A stretch of DNA of 64,000 bases from Candidatus Poribacteria bacterium (GTDB lineage: Bacteria; Poribacteria; WGA-4E; WGA-3G), in NCBI GenBank assembly GCA_965205025.1, contig CBDBFU010000014.1, positions 320,001-384,000 on the forward strand, given 5' to 3'. How positions within the stretch are numbered: the stretch's first letter is position 1; each line of letters opens with the position of its first letter. Position numbers and translations under genes: made by a program. Under the pieces are notes generated by a model. The model was not told the origin of the DNA. It ran no database searches and saw only the letters and a program-made list of their open reading frames with translations. Below are positions 1 to 11,066 of the stretch, piece after piece.

Positions 1-1325
1 GGGTTCGGGTAGTTCGCTAAAAGTGCTGTTGACATAGGAACAGCGGTGTGTGAAGGAGCACCTGGTGGAATGGTAATGTCAAGACTTAAACTTCCACCAG
101 CTGCCTCAATTGCTGCTTTGAGTCTACGGAGTGGTCCGTAATCTGTAATCGAATTTCCAGAGATGTATAGGGTTGTTAGCGAAGTTAAATCTTCAAGCGC
201 ACTGACATCACTGATGGAATTGCCACCCAGATCGAGATATGTCAACGAAGTCAACTTAGAAAGTGTAGATATATCACTGATGGAATTGCTATTCAGATAG
301 AGCCATGTCAACGATGTCAACCCTGAAAGTGCTGATATATCACTGATGGAAGTGCTATTCAGATAGAGCGTTGTCAACGAAGTCAACCCAGAAACCGCTG
401 ATATATCACTGATGGAATTGCCACCCAGATCGAGACGTGTCAACGATGTCAACCCTGAAAGTGCGGATATATCACTGATGGAATTGCCACCCAGACCGAG
501 CCATGTCAACGAAGTCAACCCAGAAACCACTGATATATCACTGATTTGAATAGCATCCAGATCGAGTTCTGTCAGATGAGTCAACCCAGAAAGCGCTGAT
601 ATATCGCTGATGGAATTGCTATTCAGAGCGAGCGTTGTCAGATGAGTCAACCCTGAAAGTGCTGATATATCACTGATGGAATTGTGATTCAGAGCGAGCC
701 ATGTCAGATGAGTCAACCCTGAAAGTGCTGATATATCACTGATGGAATTGCCACCCAGATCGAGATGTGTCAACGAAGTCAACCCAGAAAGCGCTGATAT
801 ATCGCTGATGGAATTGCTATTCAGAGCGAGCGTTGTCAGTTGTGTCGCATATTCTAATCCTGATATGTTGCTTATCGCAGAATAACCAGCAGATAGTCCT
901 GTTAATTCTTGCAGTGTCTGCTGTGTGAGAGCATCACCTGCTTGCAGCCCAAGAGCTTTTCGCACCGCAGCGCGTAACTCCGCATCCGGCATCCACTCCT
1001 CCGCGCTATCGGCAATCGACGCAGCTCCAATGTCAACATCTATGCTTATTTCATGGGTAGTCTTTGCTTGTAGACTATGGAGCGGTGCATAATCTGTGAT
1101 CTGATTTCCTGCAAGACTTAATGATATGAGGGCTGTCAAACCTTCAAGTGAACTGACATCGTTGATGGAATTATAACTTAGACTAAGTCCTGTCAGCGAA
1201 GTCAACCCTGAAAGTGCTGATATATCACTGATGGAATTGTTTCGCAGATAGAGTTCTGTCAGATTGGTTAATCCAGAAAGCGCAGATATATCACTTATGT
1301 TATTAACATATAGATATAAATACTG
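1..1325 (-). pseudogene. C-terminal part of the giant surface protein (rest of LRR block 1, LRR block 2, start of the C-terminal NYPNP sorting/FlgD-Ig-like domain), cut off by the IS; runs off the window
   Basis: Manual translation is open from 1325 to 1: YLYLYVNNISDISALSGLTNL...WMPDAELRAAVRKALGL...STALLANYPNP. Removing the IS and one TACTG copy fuses it in frame with 2416..6881 (SLTSLQ-YLYLYVNN). Confidence 0.9.
145..840 (-). repeat. Tandem 66-bp (22-aa) internalin/SDS22-like LRR array, about 11 units
   Basis: gatatatcactgatggaattg recurs with a 66-bp period; the units translate as LTxLxLxxNSISDISALSGLTS. Confidence 0.93.
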
Positions 1326-2415
1326 CAGGACTTACGCAAAATTACAAAATGTGTTATTCTTATTGATTATGAACACATTTACACATTCTAAAAAGAAGCA
1401 AGACTTATTTTCCGATTATTGTCAATATTTGTTTTCAAGTTTCACTAATTTTACACAAACTTATTTTGCTAAACATACAGACCGTTGGAGCCACGATCAA
1501 CTCAATCGCTTTCTGAGAGACGAAAACATTCCTACAAGTGAACTCTGGGCATCCGTCAAAGACGACATCGACTTTGATGAAGAAGGATACCTGATTTTTG
1601 ATGATGTTGTGCTGTCAAAAATACATTCTAAACGGATTGAAATAGTACGCTCTCAATGGAGTGGTAGTGACAGAAAGGTGATTCAAGGTATCGGTATTGT
1701 CACCTGTCTCTATGTCAACCCTAAGACACAGGAATATTGGGTCATTGATTACCGTATTTTTGACAGAGATCATGACGGTAAAACCAAAATCGATCATTTA
1801 TTGGATATGTTGCACGATGCTTATTCTAAGAAACAACTCCCATTCCGGACAGTCTTGATGGACTCTTGGTATGCGTCCATGAAAGTGATGAAAGCGATTG
1901 ATAGACTTTCTAAGATCTATTATGTTCCGTTGAAACGAAACCGTCTTGTGAATGATACCAAAGGTGTAGAACCTCACAAGGCAGTCAAAGATCTATCTTG
2001 GTCTCAAGCAGAAAAGAAAAGCGGTAAACGCGTACATCTCAAAAACTTTCCGAAAGGTTCTGTCGTAAAGTTATTCCGGTTTGTGTCTGATACCGGACGC
2101 ACGGAATATATAGTGACAAACGATTTGACACAATCAAATGTGGATATGACTCACCAAAAGTGTCGTCTCCGTTGGAAGATTGAACTCCTTCATCGTGAGA
2201 TGAAACAAGTAACCGGTATTGGTAAATGCCAATGTCGTAAGATGCGTGCCCAGAGAAATCATATTGCGTGTAGTTTCCAAGTATGGGTCTTTATGACGCG
2301 TGTTGTACGTGCTGTTGGACAAAAGATTTACAAGTTTAAAGATGGTTTATTGAGTGATTACTTAAAACATCAACTCTCAAATCCTTCAATAAAATTTAAA
2401 ACTGCGTAAGTCCTG
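1326..2415 (+). mobile_element. IS701-family-like insertion sequence, 1090 bp, intact
   Basis: Perfect 13-bp TIRs CAGGACTTACGCA (1326-1338) and TGCGTAAGTCCTG (2403-2415); 5-bp TSD TACTG (1321-1325, 2416-2420); one transposase ORF. Confidence 0.95.
1369..2409 (+). CDS. DDE transposase (IS701-like)
   Basis: Motifs IFDD, VLMDSWYA, RWKIELLHREMKQVTGIGKCQCR. The ORF-track start (1264) lies outside the TIR, so ATG 1369 is preferred. The stop codon is inside the right TIR. Confidence 0.88.
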   Translation: MNTFTHSKKKQDLFSDYCQYLFSSFTNFTQTYFAKHTDRWSHDQLNRFLRDENIPTSELWASVKDDIDFDEEGYLIFDDVVLSKIHSKRIEIVRSQWSGSDRKVIQGIGIVTCLYVNPKTQEYWVIDYRIFDRDHDGKTKIDHLLDMLHDAYSKKQLPFRTVLMDSWYASMKVMKAIDRLSKIYYVPLKRNRLVNDTKGVEPHKAVKDLSWSQAEKKSGKRVHLKNFPKGSVVKLFRFVSDTGRTEYIVTNDLTQSNVDMTHQKCRLRWKIELLHREMKQVTGIGKCQCRKMRAQRNHIACSFQVWVFMTRVVRAVGQKIYKFKDGLLSDYLKHQLSNPSIKFKTA

Positions 2416-5400
2416 TACTGTAAAGATGTCAAACTACCGAGCGCGCTAACATCACTGATGTTATTGTTAGCGAGATCTAAACTGGTTAAATTCGTAAAAT
2501 CTTTCAGTGGAGTGATATCACCACCGAATTGAATACTATCTATAAATAAACCAGTAAGTTTTAGTAAACTTTGTAGAGGTAAGATGTCGTCGATTGGATT
2601 GATACCAGCAGATAAATTCTCTAGTGATGTCAACCCCGCAAGTGGTTGGATGTTACTGATATTATTGCCATCGATAGATAACTGACGGAGTTTCGTTAAA
2701 TCTTTCAGAGGTGTGATATCACTGATGGAATTGTTCCCCAGATCTAGCGATGTCAGTTGTGTCGCATATTCTAATCCTGATATATCACGTATTGCAGAAT
2801 CTCTGGCAGATAGTTCTGTTAATCCTTTCAGTGCCTGCTGTGTCAGCTTTTCACCTTCCTGCAATCCGAGTACGGCGCGCACCTTAGTGCGTAAATTGGC
2901 ATCCGGCATCCAATCCAACCCGGAAAAGGCGGCATTAACAGAAATAGAGATGGTCTGCGTAGCAGTAAACTCGCCATCGCTGGCTGTTATTGTAATTGTT
3001 GCACTCCCTATTCCTATTGGCGTGATTGTAATTTGAGAACCAACCGCATTCACAGTCGCAACACTATTATTATCGGAACTTGTTGAATATGTGAGTGTAT
3101 TTTCATCAGGGTCCTGAAAGTTGTCGGAAACATCTAAAACTACGGCAGAATCCCCAACTGTTAGCGTCCGAGCAGAAATCGTACCCACTGTCACAGGTGC
3201 ACGATTCGCAATAGATGCATCGGTGATTGTAATGTAAACAGTCTGCGTAGCATAGAACTCCCCATCACTTGCTTCAATGGTAATGGTTGTAGTTCCATGA
3301 CTTATAGGGGTAATTTCGAGTTGAGAACCGAAAATGCTTGCGGTTGCGATGCTCCTATTATTAGAATATGCGGTGTATGTGAGCGTGTCATTCTCCGGAT
3401 CCGTGAAGTTGCCAGAAACATCTATTTGAACAGATGCATCCCCAATTCTCAGTGTATGATCAGAAATGGTGCCGACTGCGATAGGTGCTTGATTCAATGA
3501 CCCTACAGAAACAGAAATAGTCTGTGTAGCAGTAAACTCACCATCGCTGGCTGTCACGGTTATTGTTGTCTCTCCTTCACTCACAGGGGTGATGGTGACC
3601 TGTGAACCAGACACACTTGCGTCTGCCACACTGCTGTTACTGGAGCTGGTTGAATATGTGAGCGTATCTCCATCGGGGTCCTGAAAGTTGCTCGAAACAT
3701 CTAAAACCGAGGCAGAATCCCCAACTGTAAACGCCTGTTGAAAGATCGTCCCAACTGCTACCGGTGCACGATTCCGCTTTACCACAGAAACTGAAACAGT
3801 CTGCATTGCGGTCAACTCGCCATCACTGGCTGTCACGGTAATTGTTGCGATCCCTTCACTCACAGGCGTGATTCTGACCTGAGAACCCGACACAGTCACA
3901 GTTGCGATATGTCCATTATTTGAAGTTGCAGTATACGTCAGAGCGTCGTTATCCGGATCACGAAAGTTGCTGGAAACATCTATCTGAAGAGGGGAATCAC
4001 CAATGTTCAATGTCTGTGCAGAAATGCTTCCCACTGCTACCGGCGCGTAATTAGGACGCACAGTAATAGCAGCCGCTGCGGAGCAATTATTGTTACTATT
4101 ACTCTCATTTGTCACCCTTGATACACATGCCCCATAATAATAAACACCCGGTTCAGTCGGTGCTGTCAGTCTGATAGATTCATTGTCTGTCTCATTTGTA
4201 TCTAAACTTGACACAAAGTCATCGCCAACTTTTTTGTCACTGCTTGATATGCGGGCATCAGACGAAAGGTAATACGTTAGCCTTGTAGAAGATGTCGGTT
4301 CCCCTAATCCTTGATTACGGACAGTGGTACGTAGCGTAAATTCTTGACCGGGGTCAAGGGTCGGGCTGCTCACAGAAATAGATTCAACGAGATAGTCAGG
4401 AGAACCGGTAACCTCTACACGTTCTTCATCGGCAAGGTTGTTTCTTAGTGCGTGTTCATCCAAGTGATCCGTATTATCAGTGTTATGAATATTAGATCGC
4501 AACAGTGCACCATAATAATACCGATCAGGGGTCGTAGGTGCATCCACAGAAAGTGTTAACGTTGTGCTTCTACGTTCTTGGAGCGATGGCACGCGTAGTG
4601 ACCCAGCACTTCGTAAACCCCTTTCTACAGCTAACTCCTCAAGATTATCGTTACGACTGCCCGAATGATAATAAAAATAGACATTTGTTGCAGCGGACTC
4701 ACCGGGACCATTGTTGCGGATTTCAACTTCTAACTCAAATTCTTGTCCGAGGTTTACCTCATCGTCACTCACATCAAAGTCCCGAATTTTTAGGTCTGGC
4801 GGTTGGCGGAACAATAGTTGATCACCACCGACTGCTTCTGCACTCCATCCTTCTATATTTGCACGATCCCAGTCTATTTTCCACCATGTGAATCCATTCG
4901 CACTTCTGGGACCATCCTCAATAATCCCGGTAGCACCGTTACCCACAAGGTCTATTATGGCGTTGTTAGTTCCGGGACCACTTCTTACTCTAAGCGTATT
5001 TCCTTGAGCAAGTCCATCAACAATAACAGAAACACCTTCTCTCAATCCTTCAGCGCGAGGGTTGCTGCGATCAGGGACATTGAAGGTTGGATCCGTGTTC
5101 GTAGGAGGACGGACAATAACCGCACTGGTTTGGCTTACTACCACAGATATAGTCTGTATAGCAGTTAAATCCGTGTTCACCGTATCGCGTGCTGTAACTA
5201 CCACTGTTACAACCCCTCCTGATACAGGTGTAATCGTGACTCGTGAACCGGAAACAGATGTTTTTACAATGCCACTTGGATTTGATGCTGCTTCATAGGT
5301 AAGGTTATTTGAAGAAGAGAAATATTGTGAAACGTCCACTGTTGTAGCAGAACCGTCTTCTGTCAAAGTTTTAGACGGAATCGTACCTACAGCTCTCGGT

Positions 5401-6881
5401 GGGTTCGTTACGATCAACTGAGCGGACACAGTGACGTTGAAAGTTTGCGTAGCAGTGAGTTGACTATCGCTTGCTGTTACAGTAACTTGCGCGCTACCTT
5501 CACCCGTCGGTGAAATACTTATACTTGCAGTTCCTGTTCTCTGTGCACTCACAACGTTCGCATCGCTGGAGGTTACGGTGTATGTAAGCGCGTCACCATC
5601 TGGGTCACGAAAATAACCTGATACATCAATCGTTGTAGAAGAATCACCCATCCGCAGCGTTTGGGTAGAAATTGAATTAATAAGTCCAGGTGCTTGATTC
5701 GCCACGGGTGTAGGTGAAGTCTCTACGACAACAGAAAAAGTTTGCGCAACTGAATATTCTCCATCGCTTGCTGTTACGGTAAATGTTGCAGAACCTGCTT
5801 TTTTTGGGATGATTGCTAATCTATAATCTGATTCTTGCCATGGGCTCACTGGTAGGATCTCTATACGATTACTTGATGTCTTGTGCAACTGCAAATCTAT
5901 CACACCAGAATTCTGTCCAATCTCCACATTGTAGGTGAGTATATCGTCGTTTGGATCGCTAAAGTACTCAGACATATCCAGCGCATGGGCAAGATTCCCT
6001 ACTGTCATAGTGGGGAGTCGGATTGGTGCCTTGTTCTTTTTCAGAGTTGGTGCACGGTTTCCCTGAACAACAAAAATGTTCCATGTAAATTCCGCCCTTC
6101 CTCCCGCTTTGGTTTCGATTGTAGCAGTTACGGTTTTTTTACCACCTATGTCCCAACTGTACTTTGTAGAATGTGTGCGTGAGGGATTTAATAACGAAGC
6201 TCCCCAACCTTTTCGGTCTGCATCTGTACCATGAGAGTTAAATTCAATGTAGCGAATTTTATCATCGCTTTTTGCTGTGATCTTGAATGTCGTATCAACT
6301 CCTTCCTGAGTTTGCCATGTCTCCACAGAATTTAAAACTAAATAGTCCGCACCTGAAAGAATATCTGTCCCTTCGCTTTCCTTGACGTATTTAAGATTCG
6401 GAACTACTTTTGTTATTTCCGGTGGGGGTATAGCTACATTCACTGTCCAAGTCAAAGTGGCTGGAGCATATTGCTGATTTTTGGAGTGAACGGTAGCAGT
6501 TACTATGTAACTTCCAACTGTATTCCATGTATACTTAACTTTATGCACATGACTGGCACAAAAAGTAGCACACGTGTCTTCTTCTTTCCCATCTACTTGC
6601 GGATATTCTTCTTCAGTAATCGGATTTAAATCATCAACTGAAGAAACAGAAAATACGATTTTATCAATAGGATTTGCAATCCCAGACCCTTCCCCTTTAA
6701 CTTTAAATTCCGTTTTTTTACCCAGTTTTAATTGAACCGAAGTATTCGTTGGTTTTACTCTTTCGATTGTCACTGCACTGCCAGTCTTCGGCAAAATGAG
6801 AATTAACAATAGAAGGCTTAATACACCAATAATATTTTTGACATTTACTTTCCAATTTTTTGATAAATGATAAAAAGACAT
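2416..6881 (-). pseudogene. N-terminal part of a giant secreted/surface protein: signal peptide, ~7 cadherin/Ig-like repeats, bacterial SH3-like domain, two CARDB-like domains, first LRR block; interrupted by the IS
   Basis: Hydrophobic leader; repeats NxAPVAVG..DVSxNFxDPDxDxLTY..ITVTASDG; LRVRSGPGT..GFTWWKI; VRNQGLG..YYYGACV; LRRs. The ORF reads into the IS end (RTYAV...). Confidence 0.88.
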
Positions 6882-7110
6882 AGATATTCTCCTTATTTAT
6901 ACTTATGCAGCATATATTTTAGATCAGCTGATTTCAATACGTTAACATCTGTATACGATAACCAAAACTAAATCGTTCTGGTCAACATCATTTTCTATAG
7001 ACAAGGCTTATGTAAATTTAGCGCGCAGATCAAGATTTTTGACTTCACCCTCAATCTCCGCATATTATCAAAAGAATTACCTGTTGTTGGATATAAGAGT
7101 GGTGTTCTAT

Positions 7111-8490
7111 TTATTTCGGAATAACGAAAGCAAAGCGACCTTCATGGTCCATATCCATAAGATCGGATGCATCAAACAGTCTGTTCGGATTTTCCTCATC
7201 TACGACATTAGCGGTACCATTTGCAATCAACCATAGACCGATACCGGTATCAGGGTGTGGGAATATATCATCCCGCACGACACTGAAAATCTTCGGAAGA
7301 CCCTCACGCGTAAGAGTAAACGGTTCACTCATCACGAAAAATTCTCCCAGACGTTCTCCAGTACTCCAGTCCGGTTGATTGAGAAATTGAAGACGCAGCT
7401 GCACAGCAGTCTCAACAGGACAAGCTTCAAGTCCCATCCCTTTTGCGCGTTGATAAATGGTATCAAGCGTAGCAAGCTCACCCTCAGCAAACCCCAACTC
7501 CAGCATAGAAACAACAACTATATCGACCGTTATTCCCTCTGCCATCACCGGAAAATCCGGATGTTCAAGGGCTTGCCTGGACCATAGACTGACCAAGCAT
7601 TTTTCTTCGATCAGTGCTTCTAAAAGATCAACACCAGTCCTATGGGTTCCGAGTGTTACGGTAAAATCAGCTTCAAAACTCACTTCATCTTTTGTATCTT
7701 CACTATTATTTACAAAGTTATTACTGTCCTGTTTTTGCATATTTGCAAGGTATTGAGTACTAACACTGTAAATCACCAGGATTGATAAAACCAAAACAGT
7801 TGCAATCCCTATCCACGGCAAGAACCGATCCCATTTCGAAGAGGGTGTAGGTTTCAGGTCAACAATTCTTCGCATGATGTTCTGCTTGATACTTGATGAT
7901 ATCTGCACGGCACCAAGAACTTCTTGAACCAAGAGTTCCTCTTCTTCACGTAATCGCTTACGAGCACGGGACATACGCGTTCTAATCGTTTCCACTGAAG
8001 TTCCTAAGAATTTACCTATCTCATTCGTAGTCAATTCACCAAGATAATAGAGCGTCATCACTGTCCGCTCACCCTCCGGCAATTTTTCCAACAGTTTATT
8101 CACGATCTCAAAACGATGTTCAGTTGCTTCTGTTTCTCGTTGCTCCGATACATACCGTGCATAATCAGATTTCACTACTTCTTCCATCGGTGTATCCTCC
8201 AATGATTGTAATTGTTTCGCATGTTTTTGTTTACGCAACCAATTTAGACAAAGTCGATTTGCAATAACATACAACCAGTTAAGAAATTGGTCTTTATTTT
8301 TTAAGGTAGAAAGTTTCTGATATGCGCGGAGGAAAGTATCCTGTGTAATTTCTTCTGCGTAGTGAAAATCACCGATTTTCCGCCACGCAATGGCGTGAAT
8401 ACTTTTTTGGTATTTTTCAACTAAAATGGCGAATGCTGAGTCGTCACCTGATAAGACATCATGAATCAATTGAACATCGTCTCTTTCCAT
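7111..8490 (-). CDS. ECF sigma-70 factor fused via a TM helix to a C-terminal domain
   Basis: Region 2 AEEITQDTFLRAY..WLYVIANRLCLNWLRK; region 4 LPEGERTV..ETIRTRMSRARKRLR; TM FLPWIGIATVLVLSILVIYSV; ~190-aa tail. Confidence 0.88.
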   Translation of the reverse strand: MERDDVQLIHDVLSGDDSAFAILVEKYQKSIHAIAWRKIGDFHYAEEITQDTFLRAYQKLSTLKNKDQFLNWLYVIANRLCLNWLRKQKHAKQLQSLEDTPMEEVVKSDYARYVSEQRETEATEHRFEIVNKLLEKLPEGERTVMTLYYLGELTTNEIGKFLGTSVETIRTRMSRARKRLREEEELLVQEVLGAVQISSSIKQNIMRRIVDLKPTPSSKWDRFLPWIGIATVLVLSILVIYSVSTQYLANMQKQDSNNFVNNSEDTKDEVSFEADFTVTLGTHRTGVDLLEALIEEKCLVSLWSRQALEHPDFPVMAEGITVDIVVVSMLELGFAEGELATLDTIYQRAKGMGLEACPVETAVQLRLQFLNQPDWSTGERLGEFFVMSEPFTLTREGLPKIFSVVRDDIFPHPDTGIGLWLIANGTANVVDEENPNRLFDASDLMDMDHEGRFAFVIPK

Positions 8491-8621
8491 GGAGTACCCT
8501 CACACCTGTATATATGGCCGCATTTACATCCACTGAAACATCCAAATTAAGCACTGAGAATCAGATTATTGCCATGCAATACTATAGTTATGCTATATGA
8601 TTATTATCATCCCATTAGTTA

Positions 8622-8649
8622 AGACACATTATTTTTCCAAAACGTTACA
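8622..8649 (-). promoter_or_regulatory. Possible ECF-type autoregulatory promoter (TGTAAC...GTCT)
   Basis: Minus strand reads tgtaac-gttttggaaaaataatgt-gtct, ~130 bp upstream of the sigma ATG. Motif resemblance only. Confidence 0.3.
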
Positions 8650-8752
8650 TCATGCGAAAAAAAATAGAGTTTATCTTAAATAAATGTGCAAAACCTTCAA
8701 ATCGATTAACACACCAAATAGAGTATAGCCGTCAATTCTGTACCACAAACTT

Positions 8753-9329
8753 ATGAAGATTAATAAAATATTTCGGTAATCCAGTCCATAAACTTATCGT
8801 AGGGGCGGGGTTAACCCGCCCGTATATTACCGAATTTAAAAGTTAATCTTGATTACGCATTCCTCGGAACTGTATCCGTTCTAAAGACACATGGGTTTCT
8901 TCAATAGACCTGTCTACGAAATATTTATAGAAGATATATTTGAACCAAATTCTTGAGTCCCATAGGGACGGAATGTTTATAGCAAAGATGCTTGCTTCAT
9001 ATTCTTGAGTCCCGTAGGGACGGAATGTGTATTGAAGTCGTTATTTCCAATATTCTAAGCCCCGGTGAATGCCATAAGGCATTCATACCCGGGGAACGCC
9101 CACAGGCGTTCATACCGTTGATTCCTTGATTTGCGGGGCGAAAGGTGTGTAGAAAACGTACTAAACCACTAAACCTAAGCCCCGGTGAATGCCATAAGGC
9201 ATTCATACCCGGGGAACGCCCACAGGCGTTCATACCGTTGATTCCTTGATTTGCGGGGCGAAAGGTGTATCCTTAACCAGTATAATACCGATAACCCGTA
9301 TAATACCGAATTAATATATTAATCTTCAT
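8753..9329. mobile_element. ATGAAG-ended MITE composite inside a split GTACCACAAAC...GTTTGTG hairpin; carries REP hairpins and a 120-bp tandem duplication
   Basis: Left end ATGAAGATTAA..TTCGGTAAT at 8753; right ends ..ACCGAA..TTAATCTT(G/C)AT at ~8853 and 9329; host arms at 8740-8752 and 9330-9340. Confidence 0.65.
9055..9268. repeat. 120-bp-period tandem duplication, each unit holding two nested hairpin micro-elements
   Basis: 9055-9148 is identical to 9175-9268. Confidence 0.9.
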
Positions 9330-9542
9330 TTAGTTTGTGATATTACTCCTTACCCTCTCCAAAACTATTATCCGTGAAATCCGCGTAATCTATGTAATCT
9401 GTGATTCAGACAACTAACTGATAGCCGAAAGCCAAAAGCTAAAAAATTATGAACAAAAATAAACTAATTAGCAACAAATATAAAAACTATCAGATAGATA
9501 ATTAAAACCATTTGCGTTGTTTCAATTATTAAATGATAAGAA

Positions 9543-9664
9543 CAGGACTTACGCATTTCATCTTAAAGTCCCCCTGATAAGGGGGATTTAGGGGGTTAAA
9601 ACACCGAAATGACGGCTTTTTAAGTCAAAATTTACCTTTTTCTGCTTAAGTTGCGTAAGTCCTA
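9543..9664. mobile_element. 122-bp MITE with the TIRs of the IS701-like element
   Basis: CAGGACTTACGCA...TGCGTAAGTCCTA with 5-bp TSD AAGAA (9538-9542, 9665-9669); internal CCCCCTGATAAGGGGGATTTAGGGGG. Confidence 0.9.
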
Positions 9665-9764
9665 AAGAATTAAGAATATAGGCACCTTGACAAGCATTTA
9701 GTCAGTCAACTTTAATTTACTAACAACGTCTATATGTATATAGATATAGAAATAGGTATACCTT

Positions 9765-10697
9765 ATGAATCCACCAAAAGTTACCGTTGTAGGGAGTGCT
9801 AATGTTGATTTGGTAATTCGTTCAGAACGAATACCTGAAAAAGGAGAAACTATATTCGGTGATTCTTTTGATATATTCACAGGAGGTAAAGGTTTTAACC
9901 AAGCCACAGCCGCAGCCAGATTAGGAGCAGATGCAACTTTTATTAGTAAAGTGGGAAATGACAGCTTTGGAAAGATGCTTCGTGATGCCATGTCATCTGA
10001 GAACATTAATACACATCATGTTACTATAGATAAGGATGTTGGAACCGGTATAGCGAACATATTGGTTGATCCAAACGGTGAGAATAGTATTATAGTTATT
10101 CCTCGTGCAAATATGTGCATTAATATAACCGAAATTGACAAGGCAGCAGAGAGTATATCGGAAGCCGATATACTCTTGTTACAATTAGAAACACCTATTG
10201 ATGCTTCAATCCGTGCTACAGAAATAGCAAAAGCAAACAATACAACTGTGATCCTTGATCCGGCTCCAGCTAAACCATTACCTAAACATTTTCTATCACA
10301 GATAGATGTATTGACACCGAATACATCAGAAACCGAACATCTATCAGGTATACCTACAAATTCAATTGATTTATGTATTGATGCAGCGAAAGTATTGCAA
10401 CAGAAGTTATCTCAGGATAGATTCGCTGCAGTTGTAATGACACTTGGGAAGAAAGGTGTGCTACTTGTGACAAATAACCAAACTGAACATATATCTCCAG
10501 TTTCTGTTGATACAGTAGATACAACTGGGGCAGGTGATGCGTTCACTGGTGCATTAGCTACATCTCTTGCGAAATCAAAAACATTGATGGATTCTGTTCA
10601 TTTTGCAAATGCTGCCGGAGCAGCTGCCGTTACTGTCCTTGGCGCAACACCATCAATGCCAAATCCTTCAAAAATCGAATCATTAATGACAATGTAA
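9765..10697 (+). CDS. rbsK: Ribokinase (PfkB family)
   Basis: VVGSANVDL, GGKGFNQATAAARLG, LLLQLETP, DTTGAGDAF. Confidence 0.9.
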   Translation: MNPPKVTVVGSANVDLVIRSERIPEKGETIFGDSFDIFTGGKGFNQATAAARLGADATFISKVGNDSFGKMLRDAMSSENINTHHVTIDKDVGTGIANILVDPNGENSIIVIPRANMCINITEIDKAAESISEADILLLQLETPIDASIRATEIAKANNTTVILDPAPAKPLPKHFLSQIDVLTPNTSETEHLSGIPTNSIDLCIDAAKVLQQKLSQDRFAAVVMTLGKKGVLLVTNNQTEHISPVSVDTVDTTGAGDAFTGALATSLAKSKTLMDSVHFANAAGAAAVTVLGATPSMPNPSKIESLMTM

Positions 10698-10726
10698 TAC
10701 CATTTCTGATAATTAAAGTCTCTTTT

Positions 10727-10783
10727 AATGTAGCATAAACTTCCAGTTTGTGCTTTTCAATGTAGCATAAACTTCCAGTTTGT
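10727..10783. repeat. Tandem pair of GTAG-hairpin (REP-like) units
   Basis: aatgtagcataaacttccagtttgt twice, 32-bp period; related hairpins at ~17540 and ~57534. Confidence 0.75.
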
Positions 10784-10833
10784 CCAGTATTTCAAAAAAT
10801 GCTAAACAACTGTTCATGAGGCAAACATTTATA

Positions 10834-11014
10834 ATGAAGTATAAGAAAATATTTCGGTAATTCTAATTTTCCCAAACCCGGTAGGCGGGGAATGCCCTAA
10901 GGCATTCATACCGTTGATTTGGCGGTTTCCTAACCACGGGGAATGCTAAATAGCATTCATACCGTTGATTTGGATATTTCTCCAAAATTACCGAATAAAT
11001 AAATTAATCTTCAT
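10834..11014. mobile_element. ATGAAG-ended MITE containing a REP hairpin hit twice by the micro-element
   Basis: ATGAAGT..TTCGGTAATT and AATTACCGAA..TTAATCTTCAT; uninterrupted homologue at 19902-20016; TA on both flanks. Confidence 0.75.
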
Positions 11015-11066
11015 TAGAAATGGTATAATATAGAAAATTCATACAAAATATAATTTGGAGACTGAA

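Noticed and set aside
145-840. 66-bp periodic array as CRISPR or DGR template/variable repeats
   Set aside because: It is in-frame LRR coding sequence, the variation is not adenine-restricted, and there is no RT in the window.
1264-1368. ORF-track N-terminal extension of the transposase
   Set aside because: It begins outside the left TIR, in the antisense of the host gene.
2713-6182. Plus-strand ORFs opposite the giant gene, and similar shadow ORFs throughout
   Set aside because: They are antisense or alternate-frame by-products of well-supported genes.
8997-9233. 78-aa ORF with an internal repeat (also ORFs at 18332-19111 and 58285-58514)
   Set aside because: These are translations of non-coding repeat nests with no RBS or protein features.
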